64,000 nt of DNA from Bacteroidota bacterium (GCA_016124275.1 WGOA01000030.1:4057-68056), one strand, 5' to 3'; counted from the stretch's first letter, positions 29,373 through 37,509 are shown. The notes: generated from the letters alone by a model not told the origin. Program-made: numbers and translations.

Positions 29373-29597
29373 GTGCTACTAATTTTATTACCCTTTTCCG
29401 GTAATCTTTTTCATTTTCTGATTACTTTTGTATTGGAAATTCTCTACAAATTAGGAGAGTTTGCAGTTTATGTATCAGGCAACTATCGGTTGATTTTTGA
29501 GCCATTTCACTTCCCTATTCCACGAAAAGAAGATGGCGGCATAGATTGGACTAGCGTTACGGCAATTCAGATTAATGAGATTCAAGACTACCATTAA
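29373..29597 (+). pseudogene. HigB-like (RelE superfamily) toxin remnant, probably 5'-truncated
   Basis: The C-terminal half matches the HigB 'killer' pattern ('LGEFAVYVSGNYRLIFEP...INEIQDYH*'). The first ~25 codons (GTG start) are hydrophobic and not HigB-like. No ATG is present. The ORF begins 4 nt after the islet boundary. Confidence 0.5.
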
Positions 29598-29623
29598 GAT
29601 CGGCAACAATTGAATTGTACATT

Positions 29624-30721
29624 ATGGCAACAACACTAGAATTAAAGAGATATTTTCTTACGTGTCCAGGCGACACGATACAAGAGCATATAGATTTCAT
29701 TGGCATGAGCCAAGCAGAATTGGCCGAACGAATGGGTAGATCCAAAGAAAAAATCAATGATCTTATTAAAGGAAGAGAGCCAGTGACAATAGCCACTGCA
29801 TTTAAACTTGAAAAGGTGTTGGGTATACCTTCCGGCTTCTGGATAAACAGGGAGAAGTCATACCGAATGGACATCTACGAAATTGTTCAAATGGAAGAAT
29901 TTGAAAAGGAAAAGGAATGGTTGAGAAAATTTCCAATCAATGAAATGCGAAAATTGGGATGGCTGCCGGACACCAGAGAAAAACATCTGTTAGTAGACAG
30001 CCTGCTTAAATTCTTTTGTGTTGCCTCAACGGACGAATGGAGACGTATTTATGTAGATGAAGAAGTTTCTGTAGCATTCCGGGTTTCATTGGCACACACA
30101 GGAAGCCCTCATGCCATTTCAACATGGTTGAGAAGGGGAGAAATTCAGGCTAGGGACATAGAGCTGGCAGAATTTGACAGACGAAAGTTTAAAGAGGCTT
30201 TGATTGATATTAAAGAATTGGCTTTTTTAATGCCAGAAGATTATATGGAGCAACTGCAAGCAATCTGCGCAAATTGTGGTGTCGCAGTAGTATTCACTCA
30301 AAAGCTTCCGAAGGCACCTATCAGTGGAGCAACTCGTTGGTTTCACAACAAGCCCATCATTCAGTTATCCGACAGATTTAACGTCAATGACCATTTTTGG
30401 TTTACCTTTTTTCATGAAGCTGCTCATATCATTTTACATGGAAAAAAAGATATTTTCTTGGAGAATGTAGAAGGTACCGAAGTTGACCAGGATAAGGAGA
30501 AGGAGGCCAATGACTTTGCGGCCAAAGTATTATTGCCTCAAGCTGAATTGCAGCAGATCATTGATGCAGCCCCATTGACGGAAGAAGCTATTGTTGAATT
30601 TGCCCAGAAGTTTAGAACGCCAGCGGGAGTTATCGTCGGAAGATTGCAACACTTGGGGCATGTTCCGAATTATTTTGGAAATAGCTTTAGGCAGAAAATT
30701 GAATTGTTTACAGATTGCTGA
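29624..30721 (+). CDS. HigA-type XRE HTH antitoxin fused to an ImmA/IrrE (COG2856, M78) Zn-metalloprotease domain
   Basis: N-terminus 'CPGDTIQEHIDFIGMSQAELAERMGRSKEKINDLIKGREPVTIATAFKLEKVLGIPSGFW' is HigA/VapI-like. C-terminus 'FTFFHEAAHIILHG...EKEANDFAAKVLLP' carries the HEXXH + E..AN.FA ImmA/IrrE signature. Start at ATG 29624; the track start 29615 is a TTG. Confidence 0.75.
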   Translation: MATTLELKRYFLTCPGDTIQEHIDFIGMSQAELAERMGRSKEKINDLIKGREPVTIATAFKLEKVLGIPSGFWINREKSYRMDIYEIVQMEEFEKEKEWLRKFPINEMRKLGWLPDTREKHLLVDSLLKFFCVASTDEWRRIYVDEEVSVAFRVSLAHTGSPHAISTWLRRGEIQARDIELAEFDRRKFKEALIDIKELAFLMPEDYMEQLQAICANCGVAVVFTQKLPKAPISGATRWFHNKPIIQLSDRFNVNDHFWFTFFHEAAHIILHGKKDIFLENVEGTEVDQDKEKEANDFAAKVLLPQAELQQIIDAAPLTEEAIVEFAQKFRTPAGVIVGRLQHLGHVPNYFGNSFRQKIELFTDC

Positions 30722-30941
30722 TTTTATGGCAAAACAAGGAGAATAATTACAATATAAATCTTATATCATGGGCATTAAGAAGAGCCGGAACGAATTAGAA
30801 ATTGATTTTATTGACAGTCGGGAGGGCTTAACTCCCGAAGATGAGCGGTTGATTTCCGAATACATAAAGAATTATAAGAAGAGAAGCCAAACCTTTATTG
30901 AACGTAAATTGCGCAATACCCATAAAGCTGCGTTAAGCCCC

Positions 30942-31706
30942 ATGACCCCCTTCCCCCCACCCCCCATCAGCACCATCTCTACCTCACCCCCCAAGGAGGC
31001 TGACAAGGATGACATCAAGGCCCTGATTCCCGAATTGCAGGAGCGCATTCAGGCGCGGCAGCGGCTGCTGTTTGCAGACGGGCGGCACAGCCTGCTGATT
31101 GTTTTGCAGGGCATGGACGCGTCGGGCAAGGACGGAACGATCAACGCCATTCTGCACGGGATGACGGCGCTGGGCTGCACGGTCACTGGTTTCCGCAAGC
31201 CGAGCGAGCGCGAAATGAACCACGATTTTCTATGGCGCGTGCACAGCGTGGTTCCGGAGAAGGGCCGCGTTTCCATTTTCAACCGTTCGCATTACGAAGA
31301 TGTGTTGGTCCAGCGGGTGCACCAATGGGTGGATGAAGACCGCATTAAACGTCGCTTTGCCCACATAAACGCCTTCGAAAAACTGCTGCGCGAAGAAAAT
31401 GGAACGATCGTTCTAAAATTCTTTTTGCACGTTTCCAAAGAGGAGCAGTTGGAACGGCTTAACGAGCGCAAGACGGAGCGCAGCAAAATGTGGAAGTACA
31501 ATCCGGGCGATTTTAAAGAGCGCGAACATTGGGATGCCTACATGGCGGCCTACCAGGACGTGTTCACCCATTGCGGTCCGGACAATCCCTGGCACATTAT
31601 TCCCGCTGACAAGAACTGGTACAAAGAGTACCTGGTTTTGCAGACCATTTTGCAGACGCTGGAAGGGCTTGATTTGCAGTATCCGCACTATTCGGCCAAC
31701 GATTAG
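30942..31706 (+). CDS. ppk2: polyphosphate kinase 2 (PPK2) family phosphotransferase
   Basis: 'LLIVLQGMDASGKDGTI' (Walker A), 'NHDFLWRVH', 'IFNRSHYEDVLV', 'DKNWYK'. The ORF is open back to ATG 30768, but those 58 codons lie in the AT-rich islet. ATG 30942 sits exactly at the composition boundary. Confidence 0.85.
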   Translation: MTPFPPPPISTISTSPPKEADKDDIKALIPELQERIQARQRLLFADGRHSLLIVLQGMDASGKDGTINAILHGMTALGCTVTGFRKPSEREMNHDFLWRVHSVVPEKGRVSIFNRSHYEDVLVQRVHQWVDEDRIKRRFAHINAFEKLLREENGTIVLKFFLHVSKEEQLERLNERKTERSKMWKYNPGDFKEREHWDAYMAAYQDVFTHCGPDNPWHIIPADKNWYKEYLVLQTILQTLEGLDLQYPHYSAND

Positions 31707-31786
31707 GTTTCCAGACCCCGCGTTTTGCGTAATTTAGCGGTTCGCTTGTTTTTAGGCCCGGCGCAACATCCGGCCATAGCCAACCC

Positions 31787-32776
31787 ATGAAACAAATCGC
31801 TACCACCCTCCTTTTTGCGGCACTGGCCTGCGGAATTTCCGCGCAGAACCCGAACGTTACCCTGCACCTCAATCACCTGTTGGGAGAGGTTCCCTTTGCG
31901 CTGAACCAGGCTTCCACGCATGACGGGCAGCCCTTCAACGTCAAGCGCCTGGAGTATTACCTGGCCGAAATTGAAATCGTGCACGACGGCGGGCAGGTTA
32001 CCTCCCTTCCGGACACCTGGTTTTTGGTGGATGCCTCTAAAGACATTGTGCTGAGTTTGGGCGAAATGGCGGTAGAAAGCATAGAGGGCGTTCGTTTTGG
32101 TGTTGGAGTAGAGGAGGATGCAAACCACTTGGATCCAGCGAGTTATCCCGGGGGCCATCCGTTGGCTTACCAATTTCCCTCCATGCATTGGGGCTGGACC
32201 TCCGGCTACCGCTTCGTGGCCATAGAGGGTTTTGCCGGCGAAGCGCTGACCACCCTTTGGGAGGTGCACGCATTGGGCGACGCCAACTACCACACGGTTT
32301 CGGTCAGCGGTCCTGCGGTGGCGGACGGCGACGATTGGATCTATTACCTCAACGCCGATTACACGCAGGCGCTCGTTGGGCTTGACCTGACGCTCGGCTT
32401 GCTGGAACACGGTGAAACCGGCTACGCAGCCACGTTGCTGGACAACATGAGCTCGTCGGTGTTCACGCGTGCTGAAGGCCCGCTCGTGGGCAGCGCTGTT
32501 GACCAAGCGGCTTCCTTGCCCGCAGATTGGACCCTTTTCCCCAATCCTGTTTCCGCAGGTTCCGGGCGAAGGGCCTACGTTCAACTGGCAACCCCCACAC
32601 AAACGGGCGAACAGTGGTTCCTGTACGACCAAACGGGCCGCGAATTGCAGCGGATCGCACCGTTGGCAAACTTCAACCAACTGGAGCTCCAGCTTCCCGC
32701 TGCGGGATTGTACACCCTTCAACGCTGGCACCTTGGCCAAGCATTGGGCCAGCGCCGCCTAATGGTCACGGAGTGA
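31787..32776 (+). CDS. mbnP: MbnP-family (copper-binding, MbnH substrate) protein with a T9SS C-terminal sorting domain
   Basis: Signal peptide. 'FNVKRLEYYLAEIEIVHDGG', 'MHWGWTSGYRFVAIEG', 'WEVHALGDANY' fit the MbnP-family pattern as I remember it. A di-haem peroxidase follows directly (1-nt overlap). The C-terminus 'LFPNPVSAG...GLYTLQ' is CTD-like. Confidence 0.55.
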   Translation: MKQIATTLLFAALACGISAQNPNVTLHLNHLLGEVPFALNQASTHDGQPFNVKRLEYYLAEIEIVHDGGQVTSLPDTWFLVDASKDIVLSLGEMAVESIEGVRFGVGVEEDANHLDPASYPGGHPLAYQFPSMHWGWTSGYRFVAIEGFAGEALTTLWEVHALGDANYHTVSVSGPAVADGDDWIYYLNADYTQALVGLDLTLGLLEHGETGYAATLLDNMSSSVFTRAEGPLVGSAVDQAASLPADWTLFPNPVSAGSGRRAYVQLATPTQTGEQWFLYDQTGRELQRIAPLANFNQLELQLPAAGLYTLQRWHLGQALGQRRLMVTE

Positions 32777-33864
32777 TGGTCAGGGGCCTGTTTGCTGCGG
32801 CGGTGTTGCTGCTGAAGAACAGCCGCGAAAAGCGTTCACGCGCACTTTTTGCCGGCCTTGCCCCCTTGTTTCTGCTCGTGCTGGCCTTGGGTTCCTGCCG
32901 CTACGATACGGCCTTTCCAGAGCCGGATACCAAGGCCTTGTTGAACCTGCCGCCAGGTTTTGAATCCCCGGATTTTCCCGAAGACAACGCATTGACCCAA
33001 GAGCGTTGGGAGCTCGGCAAGCGCCTGTTTTACGAACCCGCGCTATCTGTGGACAGCAGCATTTCCTGCGCTTCTTGCCACGCGCAGAACCTGGCATTCA
33101 GCGACGGTCGGGCGGTATCGCTGGGTGTGGCGGATGCACCCGGCACGCGCAACGCGCCAACGCTGACCAATGTGGCCTACCACCCCTACTTCATGCGCGA
33201 GGGCGGAGTAACCACGCTGGAAATGCAGGTGGGCGTGCCCATTCAGGAGCACGCAGAGTTTAATTTCAATTTTGTGTTGCTCGCCGAGCGCCTGAGTCAG
33301 GACGAAAGCTACCAGCAGCAAAGCCGCCAGGCCTACAACCGCAAGATCGATCCCTTCGTGATTTCAAGGGCGATTGCCACCTTTGAACGCACCCTGATCA
33401 GCGGCCGCAGCGCCTATGACCGTTTTCTTCAGGGCGAAAATTCCGCACTCGACGCAGCAGCCCTTCACGGCAAAGACCTGTTTTTCTCCGAGCGAACCTC
33501 CTGCTCGTCCTGCCATGCCGGGTTTGACTTGACTGCCTATGCTTTTGAAAACAACGGCCTTTACACCGACTATGCGGACCCGGGTCGCGCCCGGCTCACC
33601 GGCCTGGAAAGCGACCGGGCGTTGTTCAAGGTGCCCACCCTTCGAAACATTGCCGTTACCGCACCCTACATGCACGACGGTTCGCTGCCAAACCTGGAGG
33701 CAGTGGTTGCGCATTACCGCTCCGGTGGCCAGGCACACCCCAACAAGAGCGCACTCATCAGGCCCTTGGATTTGACCGATCAGGAAGCCGCGGATTTGCT
33801 GGCGTTTCTGCAGACCTTGACGGATCACGAATTTTTAGCGGACCCAAAATTTCAGCCGGAATGA
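32776..33864 (+). CDS. mbnH: di-haem cytochrome c peroxidase, MauG/MbnH-like
   Basis: Two CxxCH sites ('CASCHAQ', 'CSSCHAG'), 'GTRNAPTLTNVAY', 'FKVPTLRNIAVTAPYMHDGS'. Start ATG 32776 (MVRGLFAAAVLLL) overlaps the mbnP stop. The lipoprotein-like 'ALGSC' is present. Confidence 0.8.
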   Translation: MVRGLFAAAVLLLKNSREKRSRALFAGLAPLFLLVLALGSCRYDTAFPEPDTKALLNLPPGFESPDFPEDNALTQERWELGKRLFYEPALSVDSSISCASCHAQNLAFSDGRAVSLGVADAPGTRNAPTLTNVAYHPYFMREGGVTTLEMQVGVPIQEHAEFNFNFVLLAERLSQDESYQQQSRQAYNRKIDPFVISRAIATFERTLISGRSAYDRFLQGENSALDAAALHGKDLFFSERTSCSSCHAGFDLTAYAFENNGLYTDYADPGRARLTGLESDRALFKVPTLRNIAVTAPYMHDGSLPNLEAVVAHYRSGGQAHPNKSALIRPLDLTDQEAADLLAFLQTLTDHEFLADPKFQPE

Positions 33865-34994
33865 GCAAGTGCAGCAACGGGCTAAATCACTTTACGCGCA
33901 TGAACGGATACCACTTTGCGAGGGCACTCGGAGGTTGGGCAAGTTCAGTAACATTTTATTTTGTATGCACAACAATAGTTGTGTTGGCTTCCTGCAAAGA
34001 AGATCCGGTCAATGCTGTGGTGTACGACCCCACGCCGTTCCTTTTGGAGTTTGGGGGTTTTCCCCCACCGCCCCTGCCTGCTGATCTGGTGTTGACCGAA
34101 GCTGGTGTTGCCTTAGGCAGCATGCTCTTTCACGAAACCGCCCTCTCCGGTGACCTAACGCAATCCTGCGCGTCCTGCCACCAGCAGGAATTCGGCTTTT
34201 CCGATCCCAACACCTTCAGCATCGGCATAGACGGCTTACCCGGGCGGCGCCAGGCCATGACCCTGGCTAACCTGGCCTGGCACCGAAACGGCTTTTTCTG
34301 GGATGGCCGTTCGCCGACCTTGCGCGACCAGGCCCTTCGACCTATACAGGACCCGTTGGAAATGCACGAAACCCTGGACAACGCCATCGCCAAACTCCGC
34401 GACAAGCCGGAATACGCCGATGCCTTTGTGCGGGCGTTTGGCGACGAGGACATCAGCGCGGATCGCATTGGGCTGGCGCTGGAGCAGTTCATGATCACGC
34501 TGATTTCAAACGATTCGCGCTTTGACCGCTACCAACGCGGAGAACTGCTTTTGACGGAAAGCGAGGCGCGCGGCCTGGCGTTGTTCAACACAGAATTTGA
34601 TCCGCTGGGAGTGGTCAAAGGGGCGGAGTGTTTTCACTGCCACGGCGGGTTCAATTTTACCAACGACCGTTTCAGCAACAACGGGCTGGACGCCGGTCCG
34701 CCCTTTGCCGATGAAGGGCGCTATGAGGTGACCGGCAACCCCGGCGACCGCGGCAAATTTCTGGTTCCCACCCTGCGCAACATCGCCCAAACGGCGCCTT
34801 ACATGCACGATGGCCGCTTTGCCACCCTGCGCGAAGTCATTGATCACTACGACCACGGTGTTCAGGCATCGCCCACCGTTGATCCGCTGTTGCAGTTCAG
34901 CATAGACCCCGGTTTGCAATTAAGCGAACAAGACAAGCTTGACCTGGAGGCATTCCTGCGCACGCTATCCGACGAGGCGTTTTTGGGGTTGTAG
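33861..34994 (+). CDS. second di-haem cytochrome c peroxidase paralogue (MauG/MbnH-like)
   Basis: 'CASCHQQ', 'CFHCHGG', 'FLVPTLRNIAQTAPYMHDGRF'. ATGA overlap with the previous gene. Confidence 0.8.
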   Translation: MSKCSNGLNHFTRMNGYHFARALGGWASSVTFYFVCTTIVVLASCKEDPVNAVVYDPTPFLLEFGGFPPPPLPADLVLTEAGVALGSMLFHETALSGDLTQSCASCHQQEFGFSDPNTFSIGIDGLPGRRQAMTLANLAWHRNGFFWDGRSPTLRDQALRPIQDPLEMHETLDNAIAKLRDKPEYADAFVRAFGDEDISADRIGLALEQFMITLISNDSRFDRYQRGELLLTESEARGLALFNTEFDPLGVVKGAECFHCHGGFNFTNDRFSNNGLDAGPPFADEGRYEVTGNPGDRGKFLVPTLRNIAQTAPYMHDGRFATLREVIDHYDHGVQASPTVDPLLQFSIDPGLQLSEQDKLDLEAFLRTLSDEAFLGL

Positions 34995-35019
34995 CCGGTG
35001 CGTTTTTGGGGTTGTAGCC
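34977..35019 (+). repeat. tandem duplication of a 20-nt segment (gcgtttttggggttgtagcc, 3-nt spacer) covering the stop codon of the second peroxidase gene
   Basis: Copy 1 at 34977-34996 encodes ..AFLGL*. Copy 2 at 35000-35019 is identical. Confidence 0.9.
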
Positions 35020-35069
35020 TGCAGGGAGACCTGGAACGGGGAATGGCCCTTTAGCATGACAACCTGCGG

Positions 35070-36368
35070 TTACTCCAGCGCAAACTGGATGGGCAACACC
35101 AGTTGGGTGGCCACCGCTTTGTCTTCTTTTTGGCCCGCTTTCCAATTGGGCATTGCGCGAACAACCCGCACCGCCTCCGCGTCGCAATCGGCGTTGAAGC
35201 CTTTCAAGACCGTAACATCGCGTATGCTGCCATCGCTGTCCACCACAAATTGCACGATGGTTTTGCCCGATATGCCTTCTTTCTTAGCGGAAGCGGGGTA
35301 TTTCAGTTCTTTGCTGAGGTAGCGAATCATGCCGTCCATGCCGCCTGGAAACTTCGGCATGACTTCAGGATTTTTTTCGGCTTCCTGGAGCTTGTCCGTC
35401 TGCGCGTGATCAGCTTGCTGCGATTCTTCCGGTGCCTGCGTAACCTTTGGTATGTTGTGGCCGGTTCGGGTTACCTGCTGGGCAGATACCGAAAGCCCCA
35501 GCACGGTCAGGAGCATCAACAGCGTTCCGGCGTAGGGCAGGAACGCAATGCGGGAGGGTGTGTTTTTAGCCAACATCAGTAGTCTTCTTTTAGTTTGTGA
35601 GGTGTGGAAGGGTTGAAGCAGCCCTAAAGCGGGTTGGGCATGTCGGGTGTTTTTTTCGGGCGAAGGGCCATTGCCCCGGAGCAACAGTTCTGCGTAAGCC
35701 CGAACGCCAGGTTGCTGTTGCAGGGCGGCTTGGTCGGCCAGAAACTCGTTGTTTTCCGCTACAGAGCGGCGCAAAACCCAACAAAAGGGGTTGAACCAGA
35801 ACAAGGCGCAAAGCAACTCGGCAGCGAGTGCATCCAGGCTATGCCACTGCCGGGTGTGCGCCAGTTCATGGGCCAGGACGCGATTGCGGGCTTCGGCATG
35901 CCGGAGCAGCGCGGCATCCAGAACGATGGAACGCATGAACGAGTAACTTCCCGCCTGATCCGAATTTGGGTTTAGCCGCACCTGATGGCCGTTTACCAGC
36001 ATGGGTGTTGCCTGCCGCAGGATAGTGCCGATTCTCCAAAGGTTGCGGAACAGTCGCAGGAGAACGAGCGCCATTCCCCCGGCATACAAAAGGCCAAACC
36101 AGTTTAAGGTGTTTGGTTGCGCGGAGCTTGCCTCCGGGCCGGTTGTAACCGCCGCCAACCAAAGCGCCGGGGTTTGCACCGTGGTTTGGGGAAACAGACC
36201 GGAAAGCGCGGCGCTGAACAACGGCAAGAGCAGCGCACCGCCCATGACCAACCAGAGGTAGGCGCGGTTAAGGGCGAAATGGCGCGTGTCGCGGAGCAGG
36301 AAGCGGTAGCCGATCCAGCCGGCGGTCAGCCAAAGGCTGCTTTGGAGCAAGGCCAGGGTTAGCGTCAT
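35070..36368 (-). CDS. BlaR1/MecR1-type M56 peptidase signal transducer fused to a TonB C-terminal domain
   Basis: TM helices, 'VLAHELAHTRQWHSLD' (HEXXH, M56), then a C-terminal 'PKFPGGMDGMIRYLSKELKYPASAKKEGISGKTIVQFVVDSDGSIRDV' TonB_C fold. ATGA overlap with blaI. Confidence 0.8.
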   Translation of the reverse strand: MTLTLALLQSSLWLTAGWIGYRFLLRDTRHFALNRAYLWLVMGGALLLPLFSAALSGLFPQTTVQTPALWLAAVTTGPEASSAQPNTLNWFGLLYAGGMALVLLRLFRNLWRIGTILRQATPMLVNGHQVRLNPNSDQAGSYSFMRSIVLDAALLRHAEARNRVLAHELAHTRQWHSLDALAAELLCALFWFNPFCWVLRRSVAENNEFLADQAALQQQPGVRAYAELLLRGNGPSPEKNTRHAQPALGLLQPFHTSQTKRRLLMLAKNTPSRIAFLPYAGTLLMLLTVLGLSVSAQQVTRTGHNIPKVTQAPEESQQADHAQTDKLQEAEKNPEVMPKFPGGMDGMIRYLSKELKYPASAKKEGISGKTIVQFVVDSDGSIRDVTVLKGFNADCDAEAVRVVRAMPNWKAGQKEDKAVATQLVLPIQFALE

Positions 36369-36826
36369 GGCCGGTTGTTTTTGAGGTTGCGGAATGGGTT
36401 TTCGGGATGGTGCCCCCCCGGTTCGCTGGGTTTGGACGCAGGTGTGTCCTGGGTAGGTGTGTATGTGGCATCCTCGTCAGGCAACAAAGCCATCAGGCGT
36501 TCCACTTCTTCGGGATCCAGGCCCTCTTCGCGGGCAAAAAACTGCAGCAGCGCCTGGTGCGAACCGTCAAAATAGTCGCGGAACAAGCGCCGAAACGCCT
36601 GGCGGCGGTACGCCGATTTTGCGATGATGGGGTAGTAGCGGTGCGTTTTGCCAAAGGCTTCATGGCCCACAAAGCCCTTTTTCTCCAACACGCGCACCAC
36701 CGAGCTGATGGTGTTGTACGGCGGTTTAGGCTCGGGCATGGCCGCCAGGATGTCCTTGACAAAGACCCGGTCCAGTGTCCAGATCCATTGCATGACGTCT
36801 TCTTCGGTTTGGGTTAATCGTTGCAT
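36365..36826 (-). CDS. blaI: BlaI/MecI/CopY-family transcriptional repressor
   Basis: 'LTQTEEDVMQWIWTLDRVFVKDILAAMPEPKPPYNTISSVVRVLEKKGFVGHEAFGKTHRYYP' is the Penicillinase_R winged helix. Confidence 0.85.
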   Translation of the reverse strand: MQRLTQTEEDVMQWIWTLDRVFVKDILAAMPEPKPPYNTISSVVRVLEKKGFVGHEAFGKTHRYYPIIAKSAYRRQAFRRLFRDYFDGSHQALLQFFAREEGLDPEEVERLMALLPDEDATYTPTQDTPASKPSEPGGHHPENPFRNLKNNRP

Positions 36827-36859
36827 GGCGTTGTGTGTTCGTAAAACTATAACGGGTTC

Positions 36860-36893
36860 TTCAGTTAATCAACTGAATTTACAGTTAATGAAC
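36860..36893. promoter_or_regulatory. candidate BlaI operator: palindrome TTCAGTTaatcAACTGAA plus an adjacent half-site repeat ACAGTTAATGAAC
   Basis: 7-bp perfect arms at 36860-36866 and 36871-36877. 'CAGTTAAT' recurs at 36882-36889. It lies 34-67 nt upstream of the blaI ATG. Confidence 0.4.
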
Positions 36894-37035
36894 GGAAATT
36901 GCAGTTTTATGACAGGCGGAGGGGTTTCGTTGCTTTGAGCAAAGGGTCTGGTGTTCAGCAAATGCGTTGCTCCTTGAGGGTCGCCCTTCGAACTAAACCC
37001 CGAACTTGTTGTTTCTCAAGGGTAAACAAACAACA

Positions 37036-37509
37036 ATGTACCGCTTGCAAACCGCCGTCTGGCTGCCTTTGTCGTTAGAAGAAGCCTGGGATTTTTTCTC
37101 GTCGCCCGCCAATTTGTCCAAAATCACGCCGCCGGAGATGCGTTTTGAGATTCTGGAAGGCGCAGGCCAGAAGACCTATGCCGGGCAGATTATCCGCTAC
37201 AAAGTCAGGCCGCTGCTGGGCATTGCCATTGGCTGGACCACCGAAATCACGCATTGTGTTGACCAGCAGTACTTTGTGGACGAGCAGCGCTTTGGCCCCT
37301 ATAAATTTTGGCATCACCAGCACCATTTCGTAGAGCAGGACGGCGGGGTGCTCATGACCGATGACCTGCATTACGCGCTGTATGGCGGTCCTTTTGCCGG
37401 GCTGATCAACGCCCTGGTGGTGGGCAGCCGGGTCAAGGAGATTTTTAGCTACCGCGAAGGCAGGTTGAAGGAACTGTTTGGTAAAACAGCCGTGAAGGGG
37501 TTGCGGTAG
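37036..37509 (+). CDS. SRPBCC (START/cyclase-dehydrase-like) family protein
   Basis: About 157 aa. 'LPLSLEEAWDFFSSPANLSKITPP...FRYKVRPLLGI..W..EIT......FVDEQ..GPYKFWHHQHHF' is typical of the COG4276-type SRPBCC proteins. Start at ATG 37036. Confidence 0.6.
   Translation: MYRLQTAVWLPLSLEEAWDFFSSPANLSKITPPEMRFEILEGAGQKTYAGQIIRYKVRPLLGIAIGWTTEITHCVDQQYFVDEQRFGPYKFWHHQHHFVEQDGGVLMTDDLHYALYGGPFAGLINALVVGSRVKEIFSYREGRLKELFGKTAVKGLR

Larger units (their letters stand above)
29369..30941. other. AT-rich accessory islet 1, flanked by an imperfect 10-bp direct repeat GTTAAGC(T/C)CC
   Basis: Base composition drops abruptly compared with both flanks. The repeats are at 29359..29368 and 30932..30941. 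Contents are a higB-like remnant, higA::immA and a short orphan ORF segment. Confidence 0.55.

Noticed and set aside
31703-32740. 345-aa ORF antisense to the MbnP-like gene
   Set aside because: The plus-strand ORF has a signal peptide, family-like motifs, a T9SS CTD and translational coupling to the next gene. The antisense product shows none of these.
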